IMG/VR virus record: IMGVR_UViG_3300028610_000246
DNA from: a virus
DNA length: 64,000 bases
Direction: 5' to 3' (one strand)
Shown here one piece after another: positions 1-11,514 of this stretch. The stretch's first letter is position 1, and each line of letters begins with the position of its first letter. A program made the position numbers and the translations under genes. The notes under the pieces are model-generated. The model ran no database searches. It was not told the origin of the DNA and saw nothing but the letters and a program-made list of their open reading frames with translations.

Positions 1-85
1 AGCCTTACATGTCTGACCTATGATGGCAAACGCGTTACCATCTTCTCCAATAAGCTTGACAGTGATATTCGGATACTTTACTTCT

Positions 86-2834
86 TCAGACATCGTGTAT
101 CTCCTCATCGACCAACTTGTCGATCGCTTCTTGAAGCTGTTCGCCAGCTCGAACGGCTAAGCCTAGCTCGAACATAGCCTGAAATCGTTCCCTAGCTGGA
201 AGAGACTCGTCGCGACTACGTCGCGCGAGTTCTTCGAGTTCGGCCTTAATGGCAGAGTCGCCGCTCAGAACGTTCGTCAGCCAGCTCACTTGTGTCTCCT
301 CCGAGGGGTGTAGTAGCGAGATGCGTCTAGAGTCATGAATCTGTCGCTATTAACCTCTTCTGAGATGTCGTCTGGCCGGAGGCTGTGTAGCTCTATGAGC
401 GCGCTCCTTCTGAGGACGGCACGAAGTCCAGTGCTATCCTCCCAAACTCTCTGACCCTTAGGTCCTTTCAGTAGAGTTGTTGTGTACATGGCGTATCTCC
501 TGTAACAGACCGCGTCCTTGCGGTTTCGGCCAGCTAGGCCTCGTCAGTGCTACTTATCGATTGGCCGCCTCAGTTCGACTCTCCCAACCCATGGCTTTGA
601 GGTCTTGTTCTGTGAGCGCGTTTGGTCCAGCAAGATAATGAATTTGATCTATCGGATCAATTTCCCCTCGACACTGCTGGTCAAAATCTATTGAGGTGGT
701 AACACATGTAACGACCGTGTTACAATTGATGCCAAATTCTTCGAACGGGTTGTGATCTTCTTCGGCTAAAATTTGAACCCAGGAATTATCCCTGCGCTCA
801 GCCTCGAGCATTAACTCTAAGGTATTCATGGCGTGTTTCCTTGCGTAGCTTATTTCACTATACCATTATATCATGAAGTAGCAGAAATGTATACAAGTCC
901 TGTTACAAGGGACTAGCCCGGAGAATCATCGTCTCCTGCATCTTGAATTGTGTAGGAAACAGTTCTATCGTCTGAGTCCATAATCTCAATTAAGATCTTA
1001 ACCCCACTATTATTACCTCTAACAGCGTTTTCTATGCGTGACTTAAGATCCATCACAAAGGGCTGTAGAGAATAAGTCTCGTGCGAAACCCCGTCATCAT
1101 TGGTTATTAAGTAGATGTTCATATTTTAGATCTCCATACATAGGCCCAAAGGTCCAACGTACATGCCCAAAGGTCCATTAATTAAATGCACCTCGTAAAC
1201 CCAATTAAGTTTCACTGGGTCTCGATCTCCCATTTCTGGAGTAGGTTAATGAAGTGAATGATCGCCTCCGTACCAGCCTCACTAAGGTCATCGCTGTGCT
1301 CATTTTCTATAGTCTCTAGAAACGTACCTATAGCCAATAGCTCCTCGTCGGTGAATACTTCGCTTACAGTATGTGGGGCTGCAAGGTCCTGGTCTGGAGT
1401 CTGTATGATAAGGTAGTTCACTTGTGATCCCTCCATTGCTCCATAAGATTTGACATCGTATAGATAAGGTCCATCTCTTTCTTAGTCGTATCTTTTTTAA
1501 GAAACACTTTCATAGATTCTAAGAAAGAATGCCAAATCTGAAGTTCTTCGTCAGTGAATATCTGGACGACATTGGGCGGCACCTTCGTCGAAGGTGTCTC
1601 TGAGTTTTGTATAATAAGGTAATTCATGGGTTCATAAAGTCGCCATTTTCTTGCTGCCAGCGCTCCTCGTCGTAGTCTCTTTGAATATCATCGTTGTAGC
1701 CCATGACATCATTATAGGCTGCACCACCCGGGTACATCTCTATATCGGGCTCAGATTCGATGGGTTCATCGGCCTCATAATTAGGATCGTTAAGAACCTC
1801 GGGCCGATATGTCCTCAACTTATCATCCTTACACAGACGGCAGACCAGTGTCAGTGGAATACCTCGAGCGTCGTGCTCCATCCATGTATCTTCGTCTTCG
1901 TGTCTACAGTCACTCATGGCAATTACTCCTTCTTATAATCATGTAGGCAATCATTAGAGCAATCCACACAGACTACGAACGTACCATAATCCGTCTTGAT
2001 AGCGCTTAGATAGCCTATAGAGAATTTTGCGCCGTAGTCATGACCAGGATTTCCGTTGGGAGTCATGGTACGTTGTCCGGAGGTCCCGAATGACTCTGGA
2101 TCGTGAGAGAGGTGCTCACATTCACAGGATCGAGTAATCACTATGTCACCATTTCGTTGAATCGCTTAATAGCTCCTAGCTCACTAGCCCATACTTCAGA
2201 TTCTTCGAAATGAGTTTGACCGGAGGGGCTGACTCTATAGGTCTGAACTCTAGCCTCTACGTGACGTGTAAAAGAGTTAGTAGATGTGATGACTAGAGTA
2301 AGAACGTCATCATTGATGTCAGCACGAATAATGGTGGGAACACTCATGGCAGTACTCCTTATTGATCTAGAAAGAACTCTTCACGAATACGAGCGACGGC
2401 ATCCTCGCCGTTTTGCTCACGTTTAAGATAGTAGGGAATGTTGAACGCCAAGATGATCTTGCGCGCTTGATCCTCAGTCATGTCACCCTCAAAACCTACC
2501 TGTATGGCATTGGACATACACTCTATGGCATTATCCTGTAGACTATAGGAGTCAACGCCGCAGGCCTGAAACTCTAAGTCCTTGACCGTAGCGTCGAGGA
2601 GCTCCACTATTTCAAGTATCTTAGATAGTTCCATTACATCTTCTCATAGCCATAAATGTCCTCGTCTATAGACATTCGCTGTATAGCCTCATTATGAGTA
2701 TTAACTTGTCCCATAGCCTGACCAAATTTATTGAATAGTATCCATACAGGTTCTGGTCGAATATTTGGCATCATACGCCCAGTAAACTCACATTCAGTGA
2801 ACATTGGAAGGATATTTGAAGACTCTTTTTTCAC
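86..2834 (-). CDS. Run of small early hypothetical genes (86-289, 286-489, 554-829, 913-1122, 1212-1421, 1418-1627, 1624-1917, 1923-2141, 2141-2347, 2359-2634, 2634-2834)
   Basis: Tightly packed co-oriented 60-97 aa ORFs with overlapping start/stop codons and GGAG-type RBSs; no recognisable domains. Confidence 0.75.
865..893 (-). promoter_or_regulatory. Sigma70-like promoter TATACA-17-TATAAT
   Basis: Minus strand reads TATACA tttctgctacttcatga TATAAT, upstream of ORF 554-829; one of 11 similar sites. Confidence 0.75.
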
Positions 2835-2840
2835 TATATT

Positions 2841-2869
2841 ATTGTACCAAAGATTAATAGCAATGTATA
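2841..2869 (-). promoter_or_regulatory. Promoter TATACA-17-TACAAT
   Basis: Same architecture, directly upstream of ORF 2634-2834. Confidence 0.75.
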
Positions 2870-2897
2870 CAAGTTCCTAACGGGACTATGATCACTT

Positions 2898-2930
2898 AAA
2901 AATGGGGCCAGTCTTGGTAGGACTGACCCC
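2898..2930 (-). terminator. Intrinsic terminator
   Basis: GGGGTCAGTC-7nt-GACTGGCCCC stem followed by ATTTTT on the minus strand. Confidence 0.7.
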
Positions 2931-3095
2931 TAGTCTTACGGCACTTGAGTTGTTTGCTACGGATGTCAGCTACAGGGGGAGATCGTAGCTTGAGTCCCTG
3001 TTGATCTAATTCTTCAATTTTAGCTCACTTCTTTTGTGCCGACCCGCCATGAGTTCAGCGTCCAAAGGTCCAAGTCAGTTGCCCAAAGGTCCATA

Positions 3096-6000
3096 TCATA
3101 CATCCTTATTTTGTCTATTGATCGTGTTCGACACGAAGTCGTTCAATTGCCAATGGCTTCGGCCATAGTCACCGCAAAAGAAAGACTCGACTATTACATC
3201 TTTCTGCATAATTTTAACTCTATGACGTCTATGTATAGATGCCCACCACTTAGCCTTAATACGTGCGTCTCTTATAAGATTCGTCTCGAATAGATTATCG
3301 GGATGACAACTTATTGTAACTCTATATCTCATGAGTCTTCTCTCAAGTGATCGCCTACGAAGCCACCTTCGAGCTCTGTATCAGTCTTTTGGTACTTTTG
3401 ACACTTTTCACAGTCTCGAGCATGCTCCTCTTTTGGATAGTCTGTTAGACCACGATCCCAAGCTTTTTGGCAGTCGGGGTGTAACTGTGTTGAGGGCTTA
3501 ACGACCTCGTGAAGATGCCATACATATCCATCACAGACCGCCGTGCCGACGTACTCGTACTCATCGGGTATAGCATGACCAGTCCCGAAGATAGAGAATC
3601 GTCTTGGTTCAGATACGTTGACGGCATCTGTATGAAACTTGTACCATATACAGAGAGCGCCAGTGCCATCTTCACAGAATGCGATTACTTTCGATGCATG
3701 AGGAAGCACGTATTCTGATTTATTAGGGAATAGCTTTCGCTTATGTATTTTGTACATATATTACCTCCAATGCTGCACGGGCGTAATCCCCGACTATATA
3801 ACTACCTATTTCAGAGTTGGTCTTCATTAATTCCTTACTGTACTGATATTTCCATGTATTAAGGTCGCTTCGCATCCACTCCAATACCACATAATCATCG
3901 TTGGCATTTGTGAATGGATCTGGCAATTCAATGCATTCAGGATGTTCGACGGGTTTAATGTACGCTTCCCATATTGGTCCGCCCATAGCCTCGGCCAGTA
4001 TAATTCTATCTTGATCGATCTTAGCCATTTACTTTCTCCACAGGCTGTAACTCGATGCCGCCACGATTCTTTATGTTGTGATCTGAACAGGGGAGACACA
4101 TAGCGTATGCTCGACGATCTTTGGAGTGATACACGAATGTATGACTAGGACGAGCACATGCTATAAACATCTTACGACTGAGCATACTAGCCTCTTCACA
4201 AGGTATATGGGTTATATCGAGCATTATGCATGTTCTCCATAAGGTTTTCCTGAATTGTAGTCAACGTAGCCAGCATCACGCCAATCCCTCATAAGGTCGA
4301 GCATGCCTGGCTCTAAGTAGATGATTATTGAAGCGACATTCGCTCGATCGTTTGCTGAGAGTACGATCTGATGACCATCAAATTTACCATATACACCATC
4401 ACCAAAATACATCTCTGTATCCATTTTATTCCTCTTGAGCATTAACCTTCTTTAATGACGGCAGGTATGCCTCATTGAATATGAGTCTTGCTATACCGAT
4501 CATATCACTTTGATGTAACTTACCACTAGCGTCTCGCCAGCTACACTCATTATCTACTGTAACGATGGCGTCGTCATCCGCACTATCGATCACTGCATAC
4601 CATGTATCCTCGTACACATGGATATGCTCGAAGGTGTGCGGTAGGTCCATATTATCGAACCAGCGAACGGCATCATCACCTGTTAAACATTTTGAGTTAA
4701 CGATGAACTCGATAGGCGTCTTAGCAGAGCCCTCATACTTTTCGTCGTATTCATCACGAATTATTTCATTAAGAGCTTTCATAATGGGACGAGTTAAAGC
4801 ACTTAGAGACAATATTTCAATATCATCCGGGCTATTTTCAGGACGATCTTCACCCAAGATGGGCTCCGATATAGAATGAGAGCTTGCTGATAAGATTTGT
4901 TCTCCTACGTCATCAATGTAGGCGCCTATGATTTTAAGATAATTGAGGCGCTCGCTATCGAGATTCATCGAATCGAGATCACGATCGATTAAGAGCTTGA
5001 CAAAATCGGCCTCTTCCTTAGATGTAATCTTATTCATGACGGAATTTCCAAGTGTCTATATGTAACAGGATGGGGGTGGCCCTCTATATTAAATAACGGA
5101 ACTTTGGCTTTAGAGTCAGCGTGGGTATGTACTATACCCGTAATCTTCGCAGGTGTCCATATACCGACTTTATGGCCGATTACTTTGTCACCTATCTTTA
5201 AGGTCCTTGCCTTGCGTCTATCCATACTTAATCACCATCGTGAATGACCTCTTCGATTACGGCGTCATAATCAAAAGTCATATCCCCCATATATGCATTC
5301 TTTATAGTAACAGTCTTAGCAACTGAGTCATTGTCGAATATTTGGCCGTAAAACTTACCAGACATCTCTTCGTCAGTGACCCAATCACGATATAATGCAC
5401 GTAATATAGTGTGTTTTCCGTTAGGAATCATAGCTATTTCATCGTGAGTCATCTAGCACCTCCACTGTAGCGAATCCACCTGATAGATCGATGAATCCAC
5501 TATCACCTACTGGCGGTAGTTCATCGCTAGGATACTTCTTAATAATCTTAGCAGCCTCAGAGGGTATGACTTTAACGTTAAGAAATCCGTTCCAAATAGA
5601 ATCGTCAGTAACACCAATGAACATCTCTGGATCCATAAAGAATTGAAATCTTACGACTCTCATGGCCTAAACAACCACGCCCAACGCTTGTAACACGTAC
5701 TACCGGTAGGCGGAGCATAACCATGATGGAGCAGACTCTCTAACTTATTGCTGCTCGGATTTGGTCGATTTTTGTGTCGACGGATCATTTTACGCAATTT
5801 GCGCTGACCCTTGACATCGTTTTTATGAAGTTCAGGCTGTTTGAAGCGTAATTTCATGCGCCGACTCCTTGCTGCGGAATCTTCTCTAATAATTGTCGCA
5901 TAATCTTGGCCTCGGTTCCCTCTATATCGTCATCAAAATAGAAGGGCTCTAAAAGCCAAAGTACGAACTCGCGTCCGTATGTTTGATAGGGGTCGACTAC

Positions 6001-7888
6001 AAATCGACCACAAGACGACCACCACGGATGATGTATTGCCATGCCTTCATGAGTAAATGTATCAGAGGGCTGGCCGCCCTCTTCCAATATATCACGAGAC
6101 TTACATCCGCGCTGACGTCCCAAATCTTCAACGTGTCTTAACGTATCAGTAACGTTCATGGCGAAATTTCTCCTACTACGACCGAAAGATATTTTCCGAT
6201 CATAGGTATATTATACTGCGAGATAACAGCAATGTATACAAGTTCCTTAACTGGTGATCCATCATATACTATAAGATTTAGAAACAAGACTACGTAGAGC
6301 TATTGCGCCTCCGTGTTGATAGCAATAATTTCTTTCATCAATAATTACTATGGCAGGCCTAGTACACCTATATACTCTACCCTTTATATCTCGCCAATAA
6401 ACAGACTCCCTATTAGACGAGCATCTAGGATAACGATACTTTCTCTTTTTTCGGAATTTTGGATCAATCCATTTAGCTTTCATGTAATCGGTCCGAAATT
6501 CTCACCAATTATGTTGCCATGCTCGTCTTCGACCACAGTAGGTTCGGGCTGATCTGAGAAGTCATGATCGACAATCTTAAGATCGAAGACGTGTGGAAAG
6601 AGATGTCTCTCGAATGTATCACTTCTCTTCTTTACAAATACTCGACCAGAACTTGATGCTTTTTGTGGTCGACGCCAACCCTGTAACACGAACTGTGTTC
6701 CGTCTGGAGCTTTGAGTATGGTGCCGATTACTACCTCAGTACCGTCACTCTTTCGTACTAATCTACCTGCACTCATGACGTTCTCCTTAATTTCTATACA
6801 TTTTGTGATTATATCGTACCCGTTGCCAGATGACAATCCACATAAACGGAATCCAAATGGCTAGGGCGAGTAGACCTATAACAATTAACAAGATGTTCAT
6901 GACAATCTCCCTTAGATATCATGCCACTATTATATACTATCATAGGTTAATAGCAATGTATACTAGATTTTTATATGAGGTACATATCCAACTCGCGTTA
7001 TTTCCACTACATTAAATGCACTAAGTGTATCATTGTATAATTTAACACATAATACTCCATCATCAATAATAACTCTCCATTGTTTTTCATCTATAGGAGC
7101 ATTACCATCGGTAATAGTATACACATCACTAAATAATTCATTCATGTCGGTGATTCACCATCGTTGTGTATAAGATATCGATCTACTGCACTACCCAGAG
7201 TCTTCCTGTGTTTGGCTATATCTGAGTATAGACCGTGCCTGACATGATTAATGTAGTCAATGGCCGATATTACCACCTCTCTCTCAAAATCGTCCATCTG
7301 AGAGCCCGAAGGTCCATCACTCGTATGAAGTGAAACATCCAAAGGTCCAACATCTTTAACCATAACCTTTTCTCGCATCTTCTTCGTTATCAAAAAATTG
7401 ACATAACCAATAATTAGGCGGATCACTATCTAGATTGATACATTGCTTACTATACTCATCAGTAAGTGTATCTCTATACTGACGAACAGCATCCCGAAGG
7501 TCCACAGCGCTGTATTCACCACAAAACATAGCTTTTGCACGATTACCTGTTGCATGATAACCTTCTACCCATAACGTAATTCTCATAGCTCCAACTTTAT
7601 AAGCCTCTGTATATTACGTAGAATATTTCGTAATCGACCTATCTCTTGCTCATACTCTAAACAAATGGTTAATATCGCATTATGATCTGCTATATATGGG
7701 CCGACAGTTCCAGTGAGTTCGCTCTGTATAGATCTAGCCTTTATACCGTATTTATTAGCTATTTCTTCTGCATATGAAGTGTTATGACATAACATAGTTG
7801 CATTAATTTTTTTACAGACCTCAGCTAGATTGTGTGTTTTGCCGCACCCATACGGGCCTATAACAAACACATCCGAATACCTATTCAT
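3096..7888 (-). CDS. Second run of small early hypothetical genes (about 18 ORFs; 7583-7888 has a P-loop-like GPYGCGKT)
   Basis: Co-oriented abutting ORFs from the ORF track; 3329-3757 resembles a common small phage protein family (IFGTGH motif). Confidence 0.7.
6210..6238 (-). promoter_or_regulatory. Promoter TATACA-17-TATAAT
   Basis: Exact 17-nt spacer, in the gap upstream of ORF 5854-6159. Confidence 0.75.
6934..6962 (-). promoter_or_regulatory. Promoter TATACA-17-TAGTAT
   Basis: In the gap upstream of ORF 6480-6836. Confidence 0.6.
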
Positions 7889-8048
7889 TTTCGTGCCTCT
7901 GTATGGTATGTTGCTTCAGCCAATCATCACGTGACGTCTCTTCAAATTGTTCTTCTGCAACTTTACGTGCATCAAATCGTTTTTTATGTATATTCAAGAA
8001 GAGATTAAGTAAATCTTCATAAAAAATATAATCGTGCATATAAGCCAT
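7885..8048 (-). CDS. Short ORF (~54 aa, MAYARLYFYEDLLNLF...) missing from the ORF track; 3' end approximate
   Basis: ATG at 8048 follows the GGAGTAAA RBS of the repeated cassette; stop overlaps the start of 7583-7888. Confidence 0.6.
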
Positions 8049-8053
8049 AGTAT

Positions 8054-8116
8054 CTCTACTTTACTCCGTTCAGAATGCTCAGTACAGTTATATACTAGAG
8101 GAGAATAGTGGACTAC
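8054..8116 (-). repeat. ~60-bp palindromic cassette, copy A
   Basis: Close match to copies at 25645-25712, 30128-30184 and 52804-52856; the left arm of the palindrome is degenerate here. Confidence 0.85.
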
Positions 8117-8733
8117 TACATATTCTCTTCATGATGACATTCACTACACTCGTACTTAATAAAGTCTTTACCGTCTGGAGTAGTCTCTATATCTTGTGCT
8201 TGAAGCGTTATCTTGCCGCACTCAGGACATTCCATTGGATCAGCTGCTAGTTTCACTGCCTGAGCTGTTGCCTTCATAAATTCTGTAGCCATAGCTAAGT
8301 TATCCTGATCGTTATACCATCGATTAAGTCCAGAAGTATGCGGGAGTACTACTATACTAATGTCATAAAACTTTGATTTTGGTGCAAGCCTTACATTCAT
8401 ATCCATCCATACGAATGGTTTAACACCCTTTAAACCAAACGCATTACTGACCACTTGACCAAGAGCTAATATACTGACTGGTTCATCTGTGTCTAATCGT
8501 TCCAATAGTTCAAATGCCTTAGCCCGTGGGTTTGGAAATGTATCGCCGAGCTCGAATAAATTTCGTAGGGTGAATAGGTCCATGTACTCGTCTATGTCCA
8601 GACCGGTCATCTTCCAAAGTCTTTCACCTGACGTATTAGGAATTTTCGGGTTTAACGGTGTACTCATGTACGGATCGTTTATACCGACTATTACGAATTT
8701 GGCCATCATCTTATCCTTGGCTGATAGCAACAA
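8116..8733 (-). CDS. Uracil-DNA glycosylase-like superfamily protein with C-terminal Zn ribbon
   Basis: VIVGINDP...SGERLW, ILALG and VVLPHTSGLNRWYN resemble UDG-fold motifs; CPEC...CSEC tail. Confidence 0.55.
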   Translation of the reverse strand: MLLSAKDKMMAKFVIVGINDPYMSTPLNPKIPNTSGERLWKMTGLDIDEYMDLFTLRNLFELGDTFPNPRAKAFELLERLDTDEPVSILALGQVVSNAFGLKGVKPFVWMDMNVRLAPKSKFYDISIVVLPHTSGLNRWYNDQDNLAMATEFMKATAQAVKLAADPMECPECGKITLQAQDIETTPDGKDFIKYECSECHHEENM

Positions 8734-10122
8734 TCGCAGTTGATATGACTTATTTTCATATGTTCCTTAGCACTATCGATAAACCTCTGAAAATGCTCGA
8801 AGACTTGACTTGGGTCATCTAAGCGTACACTAGCTTGAAACCATGGATACGGATGACGACTATAAAATCGTATATACCACTTACCACCATGTCTATGTCT
8901 ATGTCTAACCGGTCGACACATGAAGAATAGCGATTTCTTCACAGCATTCTCAAATTAAAATACATTAGAACTGTAGCACTAACTGATAGACCCATCACTA
9001 ATCCTATAAAGTAGCCGGTCCAGAACAGTATTCCAGACGCCTCTTGAGAAAACCTTTTAATTACAGAGATCAAGCTTTTTATGGCGGAGTTCATGATATT
9101 CCTTGAAAAACTGTATATCTTTAGAGCAATTACCACCTTGGCCTAAACATTCGGCATAAGGTTCCATCTTTTCTATTACTGCTTTACAGGTCGTAGGCAA
9201 TAAATCATGTTGTAATCCCACAGTTATACCCAATATGAAGCATAAAATACACATAGATATGACTGCAGTATGAATTTTCCAATTATTCATTTATCCCAAC
9301 CCATTTGCTTACTAAGTACGGGACTCCAACCGCCTATTTCATCAAATCGCTCCAGCAATCGCTCTTGTATCTTTAGCTGCGCTTGTAGAAGGTCCTCAAA
9401 ATCTGGTTTACCGACAGCATCACGACCCGCTGAACCGAGAAATCTGTACCAATGAGCGAGCTGCCTATGACTTGCAGCTTCTACTTCTCTCATAGTCGAA
9501 TAGCTCATTGAAGAACTTCACCTGTTTCTACGTCCGTAACCTCTATCGGAGGCGCATTACGACGAACGACTCTAATAGCCTTGAATATGACAATTTGACA
9601 GTCGTCCTTTTCTACACAATATATGGCTTTATCAGTAGCCTCATCTTCAGAGGAGTAGAACTTCTGATTTCGAGTTCCAACTACTTTACCATTTACTACA
9701 TTGAGACTGTGAATTTTGTATAGATTCTTCAGTTCTAAATCACTCATTTCATCTTCCTCGTATATTATCGGGATATCCCCTCTACATACATCATAACGAG
9801 CGGGTTCACCCTTTTTATTACAATAGCCAGTGACACTTCCACCACTACTCGGTATCAACTCGAATACATTTTTTGGGCGGGTTATAGTATCTTTACTATA
9901 TACTCTTCGATAATGATCTTCGGCACAAGCAGACCCCATACTCCAGACCCAATCAATTCCCTGACCATTTGGATCCCATGGAGCGTGCTTTTGAGCCATA
10001 TGTCTATACCAATCGGCTCTGTCTATTCTAGACAACATCAGATGGGTATTAGACACTCTGCGATAGCCCCAATTAATGAGTTTATTGGCCTCTCTTTCTA
10101 CAGATGTTTGCTGATTCGTCAT
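8706..10122 (-). CDS. Small hypothetical genes (8706-8942, 8939-9136 membrane, 9057-9290 membrane, 9287-9508, 9505-10122)
   Basis: Abutting co-oriented ORFs. Confidence 0.65.
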
Positions 10123-10541
10123 ACGTGAGTCTCTCCGAATGGATCGATTACGACAACCCTCTTACCAAATGCTTTAGCATATCTTACGGTAGCCCATGTG
10201 CCGCTACGCGTTATTTCGTTGAGTTGAAGAGGTGTTGCTATTAGAATATCTGTAGCATCCACTATATCATGATTACGAGCTATATAGGGTTTAGGAGTGG
10301 ATATTTCTTGGAAATTCTTACAATCAGCTCCAAATTTAGTATTTTCCGGCGGATGATCCCAAATCTTAAAATCGAATACTTCGGCTAGATCGTGACATTG
10401 TTTATCTGAGCCCACACATACACCGTGATGCCATCGAAATTCGCCCGACATCTTATAATAACACAACATGATCTTAGCTAGAGCCGTATGTTGGGCTATA
10501 GTCATACCTTGTCGAGTACCTGTGAAGCCGATTTCAATCAT
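10119..10541 (-). CDS. SLOG-superfamily (DprA/Smf/YspA-like Rossmann fold) protein
   Basis: IGFTGTR, HGxCxGSD, ARNHDIVD, SGTWATVRYA motifs. Confidence 0.7.
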   Translation of the reverse strand: MIEIGFTGTRQGMTIAQHTALAKIMLCYYKMSGEFRWHHGVCVGSDKQCHDLAEVFDFKIWDHPPENTKFGADCKNFQEISTPKPYIARNHDIVDATDILIATPLQLNEITRSGTWATVRYAKAFGKRVVVIDPFGETHV

Positions 10542-10547
10542 AGGTAT

Positions 10548-10576
10548 ATTCTATCACAAATTAACACGAATGTATA
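10548..10576 (-). promoter_or_regulatory. Promoter TATACA-17-TAGAAT
   Basis: Directly upstream of the SLOG gene. Confidence 0.75.
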
Positions 10577-10718
10577 CTAGATCTTTAATCGATGAGCCCT
10601 TTAGAAGGTGATAACGATTCCATAACACTACCGCCTCGCTTCTAGAATTGGCTTTTCGCTCTGGACGGTTCTTTACCATCGAGATAATATTCGACATTAC
10701 CACCATCTAAAGAGCCTT

Positions 10719-10737
10719 AAAGGGGGCCGAAGCCCCC
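10719..10737 (-). terminator. UUCG-loop hairpin, probable terminator
   Basis: GGGGGC-TTCG-GCCCCC then TTT, downstream of 10791-11285; short U tract. Confidence 0.6.
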
Positions 10738-10790
10738 GCATTAAGGTGAATGCAGCACATTATGCCTGATGTGCCAGCAGGTCGTTCGGT

Positions 10791-11285
10791 TTACTCCTCG
10801 AGCATGCCTTCGAGGTCTTCGTCTGCAGCTGCTTCAGGAGCAACTTCAGCTTCCTCGTCACCACCCTCTTTAGCTTGACCGCGAGGTTTGCGATCAGCTT
10901 TTCGAACACCGGAGAGCTGTGACTCGCCGGCAGTTGTGGGCACGCCGTCAATCGCCTCAAACGCATCTTCAATTGCAACATCACGCGCATCAGCTTCGAC
11001 GGTGCTGTTTTCCGCGTTAACAGAAGCCGTAAAACGATCTTTGGCTTCCTGAATTTCAGCGGCCGTAAACGAAAGGTCGCTAGTTACGTACTTGAAGTTA
11101 CGATCTTTGCGGATGTCGTTGACTTTGCCGGGCGTAGTCGCAAATTTCTTTGCAATTTCGCCGTCTTTAGCCTCACCCGAGTTAAACTTAATCGCATACA
11201 CTAATGCAGCATGCATGCGACCGCGAGCGATACCAGCAGCCGGACCAGCCGGTACTGCCTCTACTACTTCTTGGTTTTCTGCCAT
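10791..11285 (-). CDS. Putative DNA-binding (HTH-like) protein with acidic tail
   Basis: EIAKKFATTPGKVNDIRK helix-turn-helix-like segment; Ala/Glu-rich; locally GC-richer; own promoter and terminator. Confidence 0.5.
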   Translation of the reverse strand: MAENQEVVEAVPAGPAAGIARGRMHAALVYAIKFNSGEAKDGEIAKKFATTPGKVNDIRKDRNFKYVTSDLSFTAAEIQEAKDRFTASVNAENSTVEADARDVAIEDAFEAIDGVPTTAGESQLSGVRKADRKPRGQAKEGGDEEAEVAPEAAADEDLEGMLEE

Positions 11286-11457
11286 CTCTTTACCCTCTAT
11301 GCGTTAGAGTCATACAACATGACGCCTATAACAGCTAGCGCCACCATGAGTAGGCCGATCTTATATGCAAGATAGACCGCTATTACCACGACAACTGGAG
11401 TCAATATTACAACGATTACTCTAATGATGAGCTGGCTCCAATCTAATCGTTAAGTTA

Positions 11458-11486
11458 ATTTTACTGCAATATAGTAAGAATGTAAA
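11458..11486 (-). promoter_or_regulatory. Promoter TTTACA-17-TAAAAT
   Basis: About 170 nt upstream of ORF 10791-11285. Confidence 0.6.
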
Positions 11487-11514
11487 CTGGTTCCTACAGG
11501 GAAAATTATTGGAT

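Noticed and set aside
1145-3093. CRISPR-like mini array
   Set aside because: Only pairs of 11-13 bp repeats with 8-10 bp spacers and no cas operon; the Cas4-like nuclease sits in a normal replication context
7583-7888. Helicase or kinase
   Set aside because: Only a Walker A-like motif in 101 aa; not enough to assign a function
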